The position numbers and the translations under genes are program-made. A stretch of 63,536 nucleotides of DNA, the filler included, from Octopus bimaculoides (Eukaryota), in assembly GCF_001194135.2 (NCBI RefSeq). It is 5 parts of 5 records of this genome, joined end to end, with 100 filler letters (N's around TTAATTAATTAA, not from the genome) between each part and the next. Parts side by side here need not be neighbours in the genome. Positions count along the whole stretch, not along the records: positions 37,885 to 53,818 come from NC_068985.1; 4 more parts are not named here. The stretch is one strand, 5' to 3'. This document shows, one piece after another, positions 37,970-50,925 of the stretch. The notes under the pieces were generated by a model. That model made no database searches. It had not been told where the DNA came from and was given only the letters and a program-made list of their open reading frames with translations. Position 1 is the first letter of the stretch. The number at the start of each line of letters is the position of its first letter.

Positions 37970-39275
37970 TTGTTTCAGAATCGTTTGTTTATGTAGTCGG
38001 CACTTAATGTATATCGGCTGAATGGACGTCAGTGATTGGTTGAAATTACAGAAATACGACAACTTTAACATGGAATAACTTATGGATTTCTTTTTTTTTA
38101 AAGAAGACTAAGAGAAAAAGATGTTTTATATAACACATTCTACCAGTGTTCCAAGTTTCAAAGTGTTTCGTTAATGAAAAATGTGGCCCCCGTTTTAAAA
38201 AAGATCCGAAAAATGTATATGAAATCTTTCGTCTGCCCTTTCCTATATTTCAATATCTCTCGTTTCTCTTCTTCTACCTGAAAGTCAATGCCTGTAAGAT
38301 TCTTTTTTTGTCTCGATGAAATAACTACGGAAGGCATGCTCTGAGAAAAACGCATGTTAAGGCTTTGGCTTTCTGCTCCCTTTCTATCAGTTCTTCTTTA
38401 TCAACAATTCCTTGTAATTGATGTGGCTAACGCGACAGGCTAAATGGTTGAATGGGTTTGACCCTTTGATCCGTAAAATTTCTGACCAGTATATATCAGC
38501 AATCCCATTATTCTCAATCAGTCAGCTCAAATATTGTCGTAACTTTGGAATATCTATTTTGCTCTGTCTTAAGTTTTGAAATTATTATCATTAACCATCA
38601 TCTGTATTAAACAAATTTTCAAAAATTCGGGAATCAGAAATATTATATCGTTAATTAATCTTTCGTTGATTTACTAAAATTATCTTTCCGTTTTGTTGAA
38701 ACTGATTTACAATTCACGCACACACTCACACACAACCACACGTGCACTATTACTTTCATAAGATCTCTTTAAGATTTTCAAAATATTTGTCCAAATGACT
38801 GAAACATACACACATAAATATAAACACACACATTCAAAGATGTGTGTGTGTGTGTATGTGTGTGTGTGTTTATGTATAAATCATTTGTATAAATAATTTT
38901 CTTTCCATTCTTTCAAATTTTCTTTCTTCATTAGGTGAGTGTAATTTACATTTCTTCGTTTTCTTGCCTGTTGCGATATGTCACATTTTTGTTACTCCCA
39001 ACAGATGAAAAGAGACACTAGGTTTTTGTTTAATGTTTTTAGGACTTTTTACAATGTTAAATTCTCGCTGTCTTTCATTGTGTGAGTGTGTTTGTATATA
39101 TGCGTGTATGTTCAAAGTGCGCGTGCGAGTGTACGGGAGGCCTAGTATTTTAGTGTACGGGGTTCAATAAGTACAAGGTCAGTTTATATAAGCCGTCGTT
39201 CATTGTAATGTAGCACTGTTCTTATCAAAGTCTAGTGGTGATGTCTAGTACTGAAACAAGTAAAAGAATAAATGA

Positions 39276-39344
<69 letters not shown>

Positions 39345-40649
39345 CATGTCTATATAAGCCCTCTGTTATTGCAGCACAGTGCACAGTGTCATGCATAGGG
39401 CACAATATGTGACTGTTTTAAGAAATCCGTATAATTTATCATATTCTCGTACATACACTGCTATGAACTTTGTCGTATAAAAACACATCCTGCGTTATGT
39501 TTTCATTTATTTAATTCGTGGTGACATTTTAGTCACGAAATTTCAATCATACATTGAAATGAATGAAATACTTAAATTAATCATTCTTGTCATTCTTTTG
39601 TAATATCACCATATGTAACTATACACACGCTCACACACAAGCACGCACATATTTATATAGGTACACACATATACACAGAGAAATACTTATATATTTTATA
39701 TACATCTTCCATATTTTATCTTATTTTGTTTCAGTTATTAAACTGCGGCCATGCTGGGGCACCGCCCTACATACAGACGTGCGTGTGTCTGTGATAACCC
39801 CCGTTTTAAGATCTTACTGTAAAGTATTCCTTCATTCTTTTGTGGTGTCGTACTTTGATACAAAGAACCCCGATTTGACTATGTCTAACATTTTAAAGAA
39901 AATGTGATTTATGAGTAGCAGACATATTCGAAACATTACATAAACGAACACAATGTGTAATTTCAATGTCACATTACGAATTTTATTTTTATATTTCAAA
40001 TGGTTTGTCGGCAATAATTTGGGGGTATTTTTTCATTCGTATCATTTAACGGTATAACACCTAATATTTCTTCGCCGCACTTCTGGAGGGGATCATTGAC
40101 GGGTATTTAAAACAGTGAAATACAATTTTCTTCTAGACAATATACACATAAATTCTAACAGTACTGATTTATTACCGAACATTGCAAAGTTTGCAGACTA
40201 GTAGCGCATTAATTTCTATTCTATTAGAACAACATAAAAATTTTGACAATTTATCTACATTTACTTCTTCAACAATTCACCATGAAAAATTCTCTATATT
40301 ATTTATATTTCTTTATATGACAGTATATATGGGGATAATATATAAAATATACAATGGCTATGCCTACATAAAGAAATATGCCCGCGCACACAAACATACA
40401 TACATACATACATACATATACACGTGTACATACATATGTGTTTGAGCTTGAGTATATTTGTATATGTGCAGGTGAATATAAACGTGAGTATGAGCTCATG
40501 TTTTTATGTATATAAAAATGATGGGTTGGACATTAAGATTTGAATACGTCCGGTGTCATCCTAAGTATACTGTTAATGCCAATTCTGTTTCAATAAATGT
40601 TTGCAAGTCATCTTCTTAAATATAAGTAACAAACGATGAAATAGTAAAC

Positions 40650-40695
<46 letters not shown>

Positions 40696-41639
40696 AACGC
40701 ACTCACACACACACACACACGCATGCACTCACGCGCGCGCGCACACAAAAATATTGTCAAGTAATATATTCCTGCTTATGGTACATAACCAGTCAGAAAG
40801 TTACCATTGGTTTCATGTGCACTTTTGCATCTGGTATTTCAGACCAATCCTCAGACGTCATAAAGACAGGGTGGAAGCACATGAAATTAAAACCGTATTA
40901 AATGTTTGAAACTTTTGACTTTACTATGTTAGAATTACTGTTTTGCTTTTAATTTCAACAATGAATTCTTATTTTTTGCTTTCATTTATACCTTAAAAAT
41001 TCGCAATCTTTTTATTTATGAACTTAATATTGTCTTTTTTCTTCAATTATATTAAACATTATTTCTTACAAGAATAACCGTGTCATCAAAAAGCCGACAG
41101 TTTTATCAATGCTAGAAAATGGCATATCAACGCAATAGGAAAAAACACACTAAATAAAGGTTAGTGCAGTAAATATATGTACACTAGCATACTCGTGTCG
41201 ACGAAAATAGTGAGTTTCATTAATGAAACTAGCACCGTGGGGATAATAATTAATAAACGTCAGTAACCTAGTAAATATATGTACATACACAGAATTGAAG
41301 TACATAAAGAATGAGGTAAGATTGTAACGTCCCGGTTGAAAATATAACGCACATATGTATGAGTATATATACACACAAACACACACACTTACACACACAC
41401 ACACACACACACACACACTTACACACACGCACAAACACTCGCACACCCACGCACATATACACACACAGAAACACATGATACATGCATATATATGTACTTA
41501 TAACTACATATATATACTCACAGGAGTATGCTTATTTCTTAGTATTTGAACTGTTAGAGTTATTTTCACAATTTATGCAGTACAACCCTTAAACAAGTAA
41601 ATAGTATTTTCCTAAACAATAGATCCACTTATTTCGGTT

Positions 41640-42050
41640 AGTGACTTATTCACGAATATGTCAACACTAACGCCCCTAAGGGTAATATTCTCTGGGAACG
41701 CACAAAAGCCCTTTACAAAGTTATTTACTTTGAATTGTTATTATCTCATATCTGATTAGTACGTTATGATGTAACACGCTTCACGATTTTAGTATACATA
41801 CTATATTAGTATTTCCTCCGATGTTCTATATACTCTGGGACCGCATTAAAGCCCTTTTCGGGGCTACTTTATTTGAATTCTTACTATCGGGTAACTAATT
41901 TCATGTTATTACATAACTGACATCACGATTTGGGTATTCACAACTTATTGGGAATTCCTGAATGCAAGATCATGTGTAAGACAGTTTGGTATTCTCTGTA
42001 AATGCACAAAAACCATTTTATGGGCTACATACTTTGTATTGTGTTATTAG
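41640..42050. repeat. Degenerate tandem repeat, three units of ~140-160 bp
   Basis: The anchor ctctg(gg)a..gca..aaa.cc.ttt recurs at 41690, 41833 and 41994. Confidence 0.6.
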
Positions 42051-42125
42051 ATTAGCGAAACAATTATGAGAACGAAACCAAGGCATAAGCCCCGCTTTCC
42101 CCGGAATTACCGGGTACGTCAGCTA

Positions 42126-42168
<43 letters not shown>

Positions 42169-42171
<3 letters not shown>

Positions 42172-42650
42172 TGGGTCATCCCATAAGTAATACGGTTTCT
42201 TTTATACGTCTCTTATTTTTCAAAATTAAGATAAACAAAGTTCTTTTTTAATCTAAAATGTACTCTTCTTCATTTTCTACAATGCTCTTCCATCTATTTG
42301 GCAGGCTTGCAAAGCCCCTCTTCCAAAATTCACTTGTCTGTGACGAAAATACTCCTCCATTACTCTTCTGACCTCGTCTACAGAATTCGTATTTTTTATG
42401 GCCAAATGACTTTGAAAACTGCGGAATAAATGATAATCAGACGGAGCAATGTCCGGCGAATATGATGGCTGGGGTATCGTTTTCCGTTCAAACTACCCCA
42501 GCGTTTGGAATGTCATCCTCGCTGTATGTGGCCGAGTATTTTCCTGATGGAATAACACTTTTCGTCTTGAAACCAAAGACGGTCGTTTTTCTTCTAGCGC
42601 TGACTTAAGCTGCTCAGGTGCTCGCAACAGTTCTTCATTTGTTATCGTCT
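42169..42650 (-). mobile_element. Mariner transposon right end with degenerate transposase C-terminus
   Basis: TIR TATTGGGTCATCCCATAAGTAAT and translation HFELLN..QTIT...EKRPSLV...FHQENTRPHTA. Confidence 0.85.
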
Positions 42651-43418
42651 GGCTTGGATTTAAAAGTTCAAAGTGGAGTAAATTTTTCATCGGGTGCCGG
42701 TGTTTCTCCTTTCCCTACCCATTGTGCCCGTGTTTCTCTTTTCCCNNNNNNNNNNNNNNNNNNNNNNNNNNNNNNNNNNNNNNNNNNNNNNNNNNNNNNN
42801 NNNNNNNNNNNNNNNNNNNNNNNNNNNNNNNNNNNNNNNNNNNNNNNNNNNNNNNNNNNNNNNNNNNNNNNNNNNNNNNNNNNNNNNNNNNNNNNNNNNN
42901 NNNNNNNNNNNNNNNNNNNNNNNNNNNNNNNNNNNNNNNNNNNNNNNNNNNNNNNNNNNNNNNNNNNNNNNNNNNNNNNNNNNNNNNNNNNNNNNNNNNN
43001 NNNNNNNNNNNNNNNNNNNNNNNNNNNNNNNNNNNNNNNNNNNNNNNNNNNNNNNNNNNNNNNNNNNNNNNNNNNNNNNNNNNNNNNNNNNNNNNNNNNN
43101 NNNNNNNNNNNNNNNNNNNNNNNNNNNNNNNNNNNNNNNNNNNNNNNNNNNNNNNNNNNNNNNNNNNNNNNNNNNNNNNNNNNNNNNNNNNNNNNNNNNN
43201 NNNNNNNNNNNNNNNNNNNNNNNNNNNNNNNNNNNNNNNNNNNNNNNNNNNNNNNNNNNNNNNNNNNNNNNNNNNNNNNNNNNNNNNNNNNNNNNNNNNN
43301 NNNNNNNNNNNNNNNNNNNNNNNNNNNNNNNNNNNNNNNNNNNNNNNNNNNNNNNNNNNNNNNNNNNNNNNNNNNNNNNNNNNNNNNNNNNNNTATATAT
43401 ATGTGTGTGTGTGTGTGT

Positions 43419-43454
<36 letters not shown>

Positions 43455-43959
43455 TAGAGTTTACAACTGTAGTGATGCCTTGAGTAGTAGATTTATTCGT
43501 CAATTCCAAGGAGGCGATCATATACGAAGACATGATAAATATTTGCTAGCTAATTGGATCGACTTCATAATTATTTGTGTCACCACTTCACAGATGAAGG
43601 ACAAATTTTTAAAAAATGAATATTTACCCAGGCTGATTATATTACACAAAATGTGTTAGACAAGTTGAATCCTCTTCTGTTGAATTAAATCGTCCGTCCA
43701 AGTTAAACTACAAAATCTGTACGCAGGAAATTCCCCAAATATCTATAATATAGCCAAGATATATCTTGCACAACGAAACAGTACCTTGCTTGACCATTTT
43801 CAAATTCAACAAACCAGAAGTAAATTCTAATATAGATTGGTATTACTAATTATTGCAGATGAAAAATTCTAGTAGACCAATATAAATTTTATTCGGTATG
43901 ATCGGCTTTCAGGCACGACTAAGGAGTGTGTACAATCCCCACTTACGTTGATATTCAAG

Positions 43960-44740
43960 ATCATCATTAGTGGGACCTGAATTCAATATACATGTGGCCC
44001 GAAATAAACAACATGCAGTTTAATGCAGGAAAATTTCACGCACTGCACTATCAACTCTAGAATGTACTACAGCCTGCAAATGCAGGACCCGAAGTTACTA
44101 TAATTCCAGAGTCACGGGCAGTGACAGACTTGGGGATTAGTGTGTGCAATGACGCATCATTTTATATGCACATTATCAAGATGACAGCAAAGTGCAGACA
44201 ACTGGCTGGATGGATACTGACGTCCTTCAAGACAAGAGACCAAGAAACTATGTTAATATTGTAGAGAACCTTTGTTATCAGTCTCCTGGACTACTACTCA
44301 CACTTATGATCATCATATAGTGCCAAATTAATAGCGGAGCTTGAAGCAGTCCAACATTCACTACACTAAAAAGATTGACACAATGCAACAGATGAGCTAC
44401 AGGGATAAGCTGAGAAAATTGTAACTCCACTCCATGGAGCGAAGTTGTGAGAGATATGCAATGATCTACATATGGAAAACTGCAGAAGGCTAGTACCTAA
44501 TTTCGGCATTGAGCGTTATAGAAATACCAGACCTGGCCGCCTTCTAAATTCAGAATCAAGTACTGCAATAGTCTAGGGTTCAAAGGCTCACAACTCTTCA
44601 ATGCTCTGCTGCAAAAATTAAGAAATCTGCATAGGGTGGAAGTAGATGTCTTCAAAAAGAAACTAGACATCCCCCTCTCCACAATACCGGATGAACCAAC
44701 AGTTGGGACAGAGACACATGCAGGAGTGACAATGTGAAAA
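43960..44740 (+). mobile_element. CR1-type LINE RT C-terminal fragment
   Basis: DLNSIYMW...NNMQFNAGKF, DLGISV, LLDYYS, ERYAMIYIWK and VPDEP-like motifs, with stops and frameshifts. Confidence 0.8.
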
Positions 44741-45379
44741 CACCCCAGCCTGAAGAAATCAGAAGGACCACGGTGGTGCTCCAGTTTGACCGTAGCCGCA
44801 TAGCTGAAACGAGTAAAAGTGGAACTGTATATATACATATATATCACATTACATGACAGACCAAATTCTCAGATGTTATTACACATCGTTGGTCACAATG
44901 CGTGTTTACATCGTTTTAGCCTTCGAATGACACCACCCCGCTGGCTAGGCGAGCAAGCCATTATTCCTCCCTAATCGAAAGGAGGACTGGTGCAACGTGA
45001 AATGGCGAAAATTGTCAAATATTTTGTTCAGCTCGCTAAAGTTCTGCCACTACCATCGCATTACCGGCAATGATAATAATAATAATAAATAAATGCAATG
45101 AAATTCATTAAGGAAATAATAAAAATCATAAAAATTATAATAAAGAGAATAAAAAAAAAAGAAAAGAAAAGAAAATCCATTCGGGTTGCGATACCTTTAA
45201 AGCACACTTTTGGTGATTGTAGATGCACAATATCTTTACAACACATTTTGGGCGATAGTAACTTTTTCATATGTGCATTAAAGATCAAAAGTGTGAGGTA
45301 TGTTTTGCGCTAAACTGCAGAATAAAAAAATTGCAGTATAAAAAAACAAACAAACAAACAAAAAACAAAAACAATGATA

Positions 45380-46340
45380 TGGTTCAAAAATTTGCTACTA
45401 TAAAACAATGAAACGGGACGAAGAGCTTTTCAGTCAGGCACAAATTGCACCTCATTGGGCGTCTATATGCTCCATGCTTATATGGTGCTGCTTTCTTCAA
45501 GATTGTCCAGTTGATTTTGAAAGGATGGGTATCGTTTTCTTTCGATTGCTAAACATGTTCAGCGAGACTCGTTGCTGTCCTATTTTCGGGGTATCGAAGT
45601 GAATTTCGGTGGGAATATAATCTAGGCTTAAAGAAATTTTCCGAAGCTCCAGTATATGTTTTGTATACTTTTACCTTAGCTCTATAAACTATTCCTTTCT
45701 CAAACCATTTTCTTTCTAACGGACAACAACTTTGAACTTTACAATTACAGTTCTTCTGGTTATTTCCGGTACTGTGGTTCCTTTTAATGCTTTTCATGTT
45801 ATACTGGTTAATTAAAGAGGCGAAGCTCTTGCAACAAGAATAGCTAACCTTCAGCGTTTTCCTATAAAAAATTCTATACAACTTTTCACTTTCTTGAAAG
45901 TACTAGGAAACAATTTCAAGAATTTTCTATCTATATTAGTCTTTACGGCAATATTAAATACCGGATTAAACTACAACACTTTCCCATTTCTAGTTCTATG
46001 CCTTCTATTATTGTTAGTAGTGGTTTGATCATACTGGATCTTCTCCGAGAATCCGCTGTTCCTTAGTGCATTATTATAATACGGCGCATCATTTTGAAAC
46101 GCTGTCTCGTCTGAAGATATTGATTAGGCTTACAATAGGGTTTAACTTTATCTAATTGCAAGTAGATATCTAAAAAAAGAAGAGGATGCAACTATATTTA
46201 TATGATCTTTTATATTTCTTGGGTAATTATATTGCGGCCATCCTAGTGTGATATTTAATCTGTTAATTATTTAATAAGTTAATTATTGGTGTTCTCTGTA
46301 ACTTGGATTCAAGTTACCTACAATTTTTGTGCATTTAATA
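45380..46340 (-). mobile_element. Penelope-like element: RT C-terminus, linker and GIY-YIG endonuclease
   Basis: CNCK...CPL...GIVYRA.V...YTGASE..FK.R..SH...W.IL..A..Y...RCNLCLTEK. Confidence 0.85.
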
Positions 46341-46384
46341 TATTTATACAAATTCTGTAAATTCTAAACCCCATAATACATACA

Positions 46385-46420
<36 letters not shown>

Positions 46421-47031
46421 TATATATNNNNNNNNNNNNNNNNNNNNNNNNNNNNNNNNNNNNNNNNNNNNNNNNNNNNNNNNNNNNNNNNNNNNNNNNN
46501 NNNNNNNNNNNNNNNNNNNNNNNNNNNNNNNNNNNNNNNNNNNNNNNNNNNNNNNNNNNNNNNNNNNNNNNNNNNNNNNNNNNNNNNNNNNNNNNNNNNN
46601 NNNNNNNNNNNNNNNNNNNNNNNNNNNNNNNNNNNNNNNNNNNNNNNNNNNNNNNNNNNNNNNNNNNNNNNNNNNNNNNNNNNNNNNNNNNNNNNNNNNN
46701 NNNNNNNNNNNNNNNNNNNNNNNNNNNNNNNNNNNNNNNNNNNNNNNNNNNNNNNNNNNNNNNNNNNNNNNNNNNNNNNNNNNNNNNNNNNNNNNNNNNN
46801 NNNNNNNNNNNNNNNNNNNNNNNNNNNNNNNNNNNNNNNNNNNNNNNNNNNNNNNNNNNNNNNNNNNNNNNNNNNNNNNNNNNNNNNNNNNNNNNNNNNN
46901 NNNNNNNNNNNNNNNNNNNNNNNNNNNNNNNNNNNNNNNNNNNNNNNNNNNNNNNNNNNNNNNNNNNNNNNNNNNNNNNNNNNNNNNNNNNNNTTCCCAT
47001 GAGTATATAGACACTTTCAAATTTATCGAAC

Positions 47032-47093
47032 ACCATGCTGATGATCGGAGTAGGGTAGCTTTATACTCTTAACCGTGAAACGTCGTACATGGT
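47032..47093 (+). ncRNA. Type-I hammerhead ribozyme motif with intact core and GUA cleavage triplet
   Basis: ACCATG-CTGATGA-T-CGG...CCG-T-GAAA-C-GTC-GT-A-CATGGT, with a perfect 6-bp stem I. Confidence 0.75.
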
Positions 47094-47634
47094 TAACTAA
47101 AGGCAGGTTTGTTTTTTGCTTTTCTCTTCTGTTTTTGTTCTGTGTGTGCCATAAACATCGCCATCCGTTAGAGAAAAAATTGTAGTTTGGAATCAGTAGT
47201 TCTTTGACTGCTATTTCTAAATTTTCAGTATGTTGGTGAAGCATCTCATGCTAAGCCCTATATATTTATGATTATAAATGGTTTTACCGATAAAGGTTTT
47301 TTTCATACTGAACTACTTGGCATAATTGTTAATTATTAATTTTATTACTAATTGGCAATTCCCTGCCCTATATCTATATATATATATATATATATATTGT
47401 GTGTGCATGTGTGCATGTGTGCATGTGTGTGTGCCTGCGTGCGCGCGTGTGTGTGTCTCTGTCTCAACTACCATTACTTGACAACCAATGCTGTTGAGTT
47501 TAGATCTCCGTAACCTAGCAGTTCAGCAAAAGAGACCCATATAATAATGGCGTTGACTAAAACCTTTTAACACAGTACTCAGTGCTCCAGCATGGGAGCA
47601 GTCAAATGACTAAAACAAGTAAAAGAATAAAAGA

Positions 47635-47677
<43 letters not shown>

Positions 47678-48217
47678 ACCGTCAGTAAAGTGATTAAAGG
47701 TCCAAGTCAGCTACAGCATTGCTAGAAATAACAGTCAATACAACTCTTAGCGATATCTATTAAGTGACAAAGGAGACAACCTCTCTACAGCAAGCAGGAG
47801 CGCCAGCTCAACAGCGATTTCGGATAGAATAGACCCTCATTTGTGATGCTACTCCATTGCCTAGGATTAATCTAACTCTCCTTGTCAGTTTATAGAAAAT
47901 TCAATAGGAATCAGTGGCTGATTCAGTAAAATGGTAAAGTGAAAATTATAAATTTTTAAAGTGGCTAGCTGCAATTCAAAACCAATCGCAATTTATTTTG
48001 GAAGATAGGTGGTTCCCTATATTCCCTTTGATAGGTGGTTTCCTTTATTTTCAATCTATCAATCGACCCAAATGTATATCGGAAACAGTTATAAGCCTAT
48101 AATAAATAAATTAATAAAAGTGTTGTATTTCGATTAAATCAATGTAGAGCAGAAGTAGAGAAATGAATAAAAGGAGAAATAAGGAAAACTTCTAACAATG
48201 CAGAAAATTTAACAAAA

Positions 48218-48255
48218 CCTTTATATTTCGGGCGCAAAGGCCTGTCTTCAGAAGG
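48218..48255 (-). ncRNA. Minimal hammerhead motif downstream of a PLE endonuclease
   Basis: CCTT-CTGAAGA-CAGGCCTTTGCGCCC-GAAA-TAT-A-AAGG. Stem III is the palindrome ATAT; the closing pair of stem II is mismatched. Confidence 0.6.
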
Positions 48256-48539
48256 ATACTGTCATAAGAATGCATATTTACATAGATCCTGTCATTTTGG
48301 ATAGTCCGGTGTTTGAGTTAGTAGCTCTCCAAAATATGGTGTAGTTGGTGCTATAGAGGTCATGTTTGGGACGGTGGTATTGGCAGTGGTGAAAACTGGC
48401 TGTAGGTTGGCAGCAGTACTGGTACTGAAGGCGGCTGTCTATGGTGGTGAATACCGTGATACTGATGGTATTGTCTACATCCGCGTAGTTGACGGTGGTG
48501 GTAAGTGCCGTGGTAGTAGCGGATGATGGAATTGGTGGT

Positions 48540-48990
48540 GTATGTTTTTATAACAGCCGTAGTGAAGGTGGCATATTCACCAACTCCGATCGACTATGGG
48601 TTTTCGGGTTAAGTCGGTGGGTCAGGAAAGTTTCTTTGATACAGATATTTTCTATGTCCCCTTCCGAGGCCAGTATGGAGGTATCTTTGGTGGTGTGGCC
48701 TCATTTAGTTCAGTGTTTGTGGAAGGAAGACGCATTGGTACTCAGGTGCTCCTTCAGTCAGATGTGGAGTGACCAGAACGTGCTACTGATTTAATAGTTG
48801 TAGCATTTGGAACAGCCAAATACATTTGGTGCATCCCGAATGTACGCAGACGTGTGTTCGTCGTGTTGTGAATAGGGTAGCTTTCCAGTGTACAAGGCTG
48901 CTGCTCTGGACATACCACCTCCGACATCCCCCAGCTACTGTCGGTTATAGTTGCCAACACACACTCTCCTCTGCAACACATGCAAACAGT
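48540..48990 (-). mobile_element. Penelope-like GIY-YIG remnant
   Basis: VFGCSKC..Y*ISST...LHI*LKEHL..N.SSFHKH...ILA.E......IKE.FL..RLNP. Confidence 0.75.
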
Positions 48991-48995
48991 GTTCA

Positions 48996-49175
48996 GGCCG
49001 GCCTATGAGGTCCAGTCTCTTAGGCTTGCTCACTATTACTCACTGAGACCAGCTGGAGTGCAGAGCACTCAGTACCTACAACTCATGCACTTTCTTTACC
49101 AGGTATGTGGACAACATTCTCATACTCACTCTATCCCATGAGGATGCTTCCAAAACTCTGGAAAGTCACCAGCCG
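48996..49175 (+). mobile_element. Penelope-like RT remnant, inverted relative to the adjacent endonuclease
   Basis: In-frame GRPMRSSLLGLL...QLECRAL...FFTRYVDNILIL, matching the GxPMGS and RYVDD motifs. Confidence 0.7.
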
Positions 49176-50159
49176 GGATCTCTTCGTCCATTACAAGTCG
49201 GCCCTCCCATAAGGGCTAAGATCGGCTAGAAACATAATGAGACAGCTTGAATAAACAAGAGATGCTGCCGGGACGCGCAGTTCCTAAAGATAGTTGGGAT
49301 ACGCAACGTCCAGTACTAACTCCCTATATGTGTGTGTGTGCTCGTTTTTCAATAATATTATTATGTATACGTATAACCCTCTATGGCTTTCTTATGCTAG
49401 TTACATTTTTACATTGTACTCTAATAAACACACGTGGCCTTGTTTACACTGTATTTCGTCTAAAATGGTGTTTATTATTATTATTTTCTTAAACACATCC
49501 GTTAGATTCTCATGTTACAGTTTCACTGCAAATATACACTTGCATTCACATTGATATATTTTTAATCTTTATTTTTCTTTTGCGTCTCTCTCACTTTTAT
49601 TATTGTTGATATTATTTTTCCCGTTCACAACTTGGTTTGTAAATTTTCCGATTTCCTTCATTGCCCCATCGGTTTCCTCTTATTGTATCTTATTTTATTT
49701 TCATTTCATTTTATTTTTATCTCATTTTACTTCATCTTATTAAACATTTTTGGTGTTCTTCATAAGAATGATGACAATGCATAAATTAAATTTTAAATTT
49801 TATTTTTATTTAAAATTTTTTATTTTCAATTATAATCATAATCACTGATTTAAATTTTTCTTACATGTTTGCATTGTTTTATGAAACGTATGTATGCATT
49901 GAATCAAGTTTTATAATAAATCTATTTCAGTTTCAACATTTTTTCTCCATGTCCTTATACTAGTTTATGGTATATTTTTATACCTATAACGAATCTCCTC
50001 AAATAATATTTTCATATTCTTATTACCTGTTTTGGCTGGTTTTCATGAACATCATGAATCCTTATTAAAAATCACCTTTTCTCACTTTTTGGATCCCCCA
50101 AAAAGTTTGAATTGTTCTTTTCGAACTTACCTTTTCTTATATATATATATTCTTTTATT

Positions 50160-50480
50160 CTTTTATTTGCTTTAGTCATTTGACTGCGGCCATGCTGAAG
50201 CACCACCTTGAAGGGTATTAGCCGAATATATCGACCACAGTGTTTATTTCAAAGCCTAGTTCTTATGCAATTGATATCTTTTTAGGAGTCGCTAATTTAC
50301 GGGGGACATAAACACATGAATACCGGTCGTCAAGCGGTGGTAGCGAGAGAAACATATTTACAAAGTGACACACAGATAGAAATACACACATAAATACACA
50401 NNNNNNNNNNNNNNNNNNNNNNNNNNNNNNNNNNNNNNNNNNNNNNNNNNNNNNNNNNNNNNNNNNNNNNNNNNNNNNNN

Positions 50481-50516
<36 letters not shown>

Positions 50517-50925
50517 TGTGTCTGTGTTTTCTCCCCCAACATCGCCTGACAACCGATGCTGGCGTGTTTACGTCCCCGTAACCTAGTGTTTCGGCAAATG
50601 AAACCGATATAATAAGTACTAGGCTTACAAAGAATAAGTCCTGGGGTCGATTTGCTCGACTAAAAGCTGTGTTCCAGCATGGCCGCAGTCAAATGACTGA
50701 AAGAAGTTAAAGAGTAAAAGAATACCATTTACGCATACATGCATAGATGTACATATGCAGATATATTCGTATCACGAATGTTTAATTTCTAAACAACTTA
50801 TTTTTATTTGCTTTAGTCATTTGACTGCGGCCATGCTGAAGCACCACCTTGGAGGGCATTAGCCGAACATATCGACCACAGGATTTATTTTAAAGCCTAG
50901 TTCTTATGCAATTGATACCTTTAGA
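50160..50925. mobile_element. Cluster of SINE family B 3' halves (minus 50160-50380, plus 50480-50725, minus 50800-50925)
   Basis: Similarity to the tail of 58855-59360. Confidence 0.8.

Noticed and set aside
42618-43659. Long ORFs containing X runs
   Set aside because: They are open only because they cross N gaps.
43780-43822. Other AG...GT-bounded segments (minus ~43780-43822; plus ~14641-14686, ~21421-21500, ~41581-41596 and ~59900-59910)
   Set aside because: One splice site is weak or several frames are open, and such matches are frequent in AT-rich DNA.
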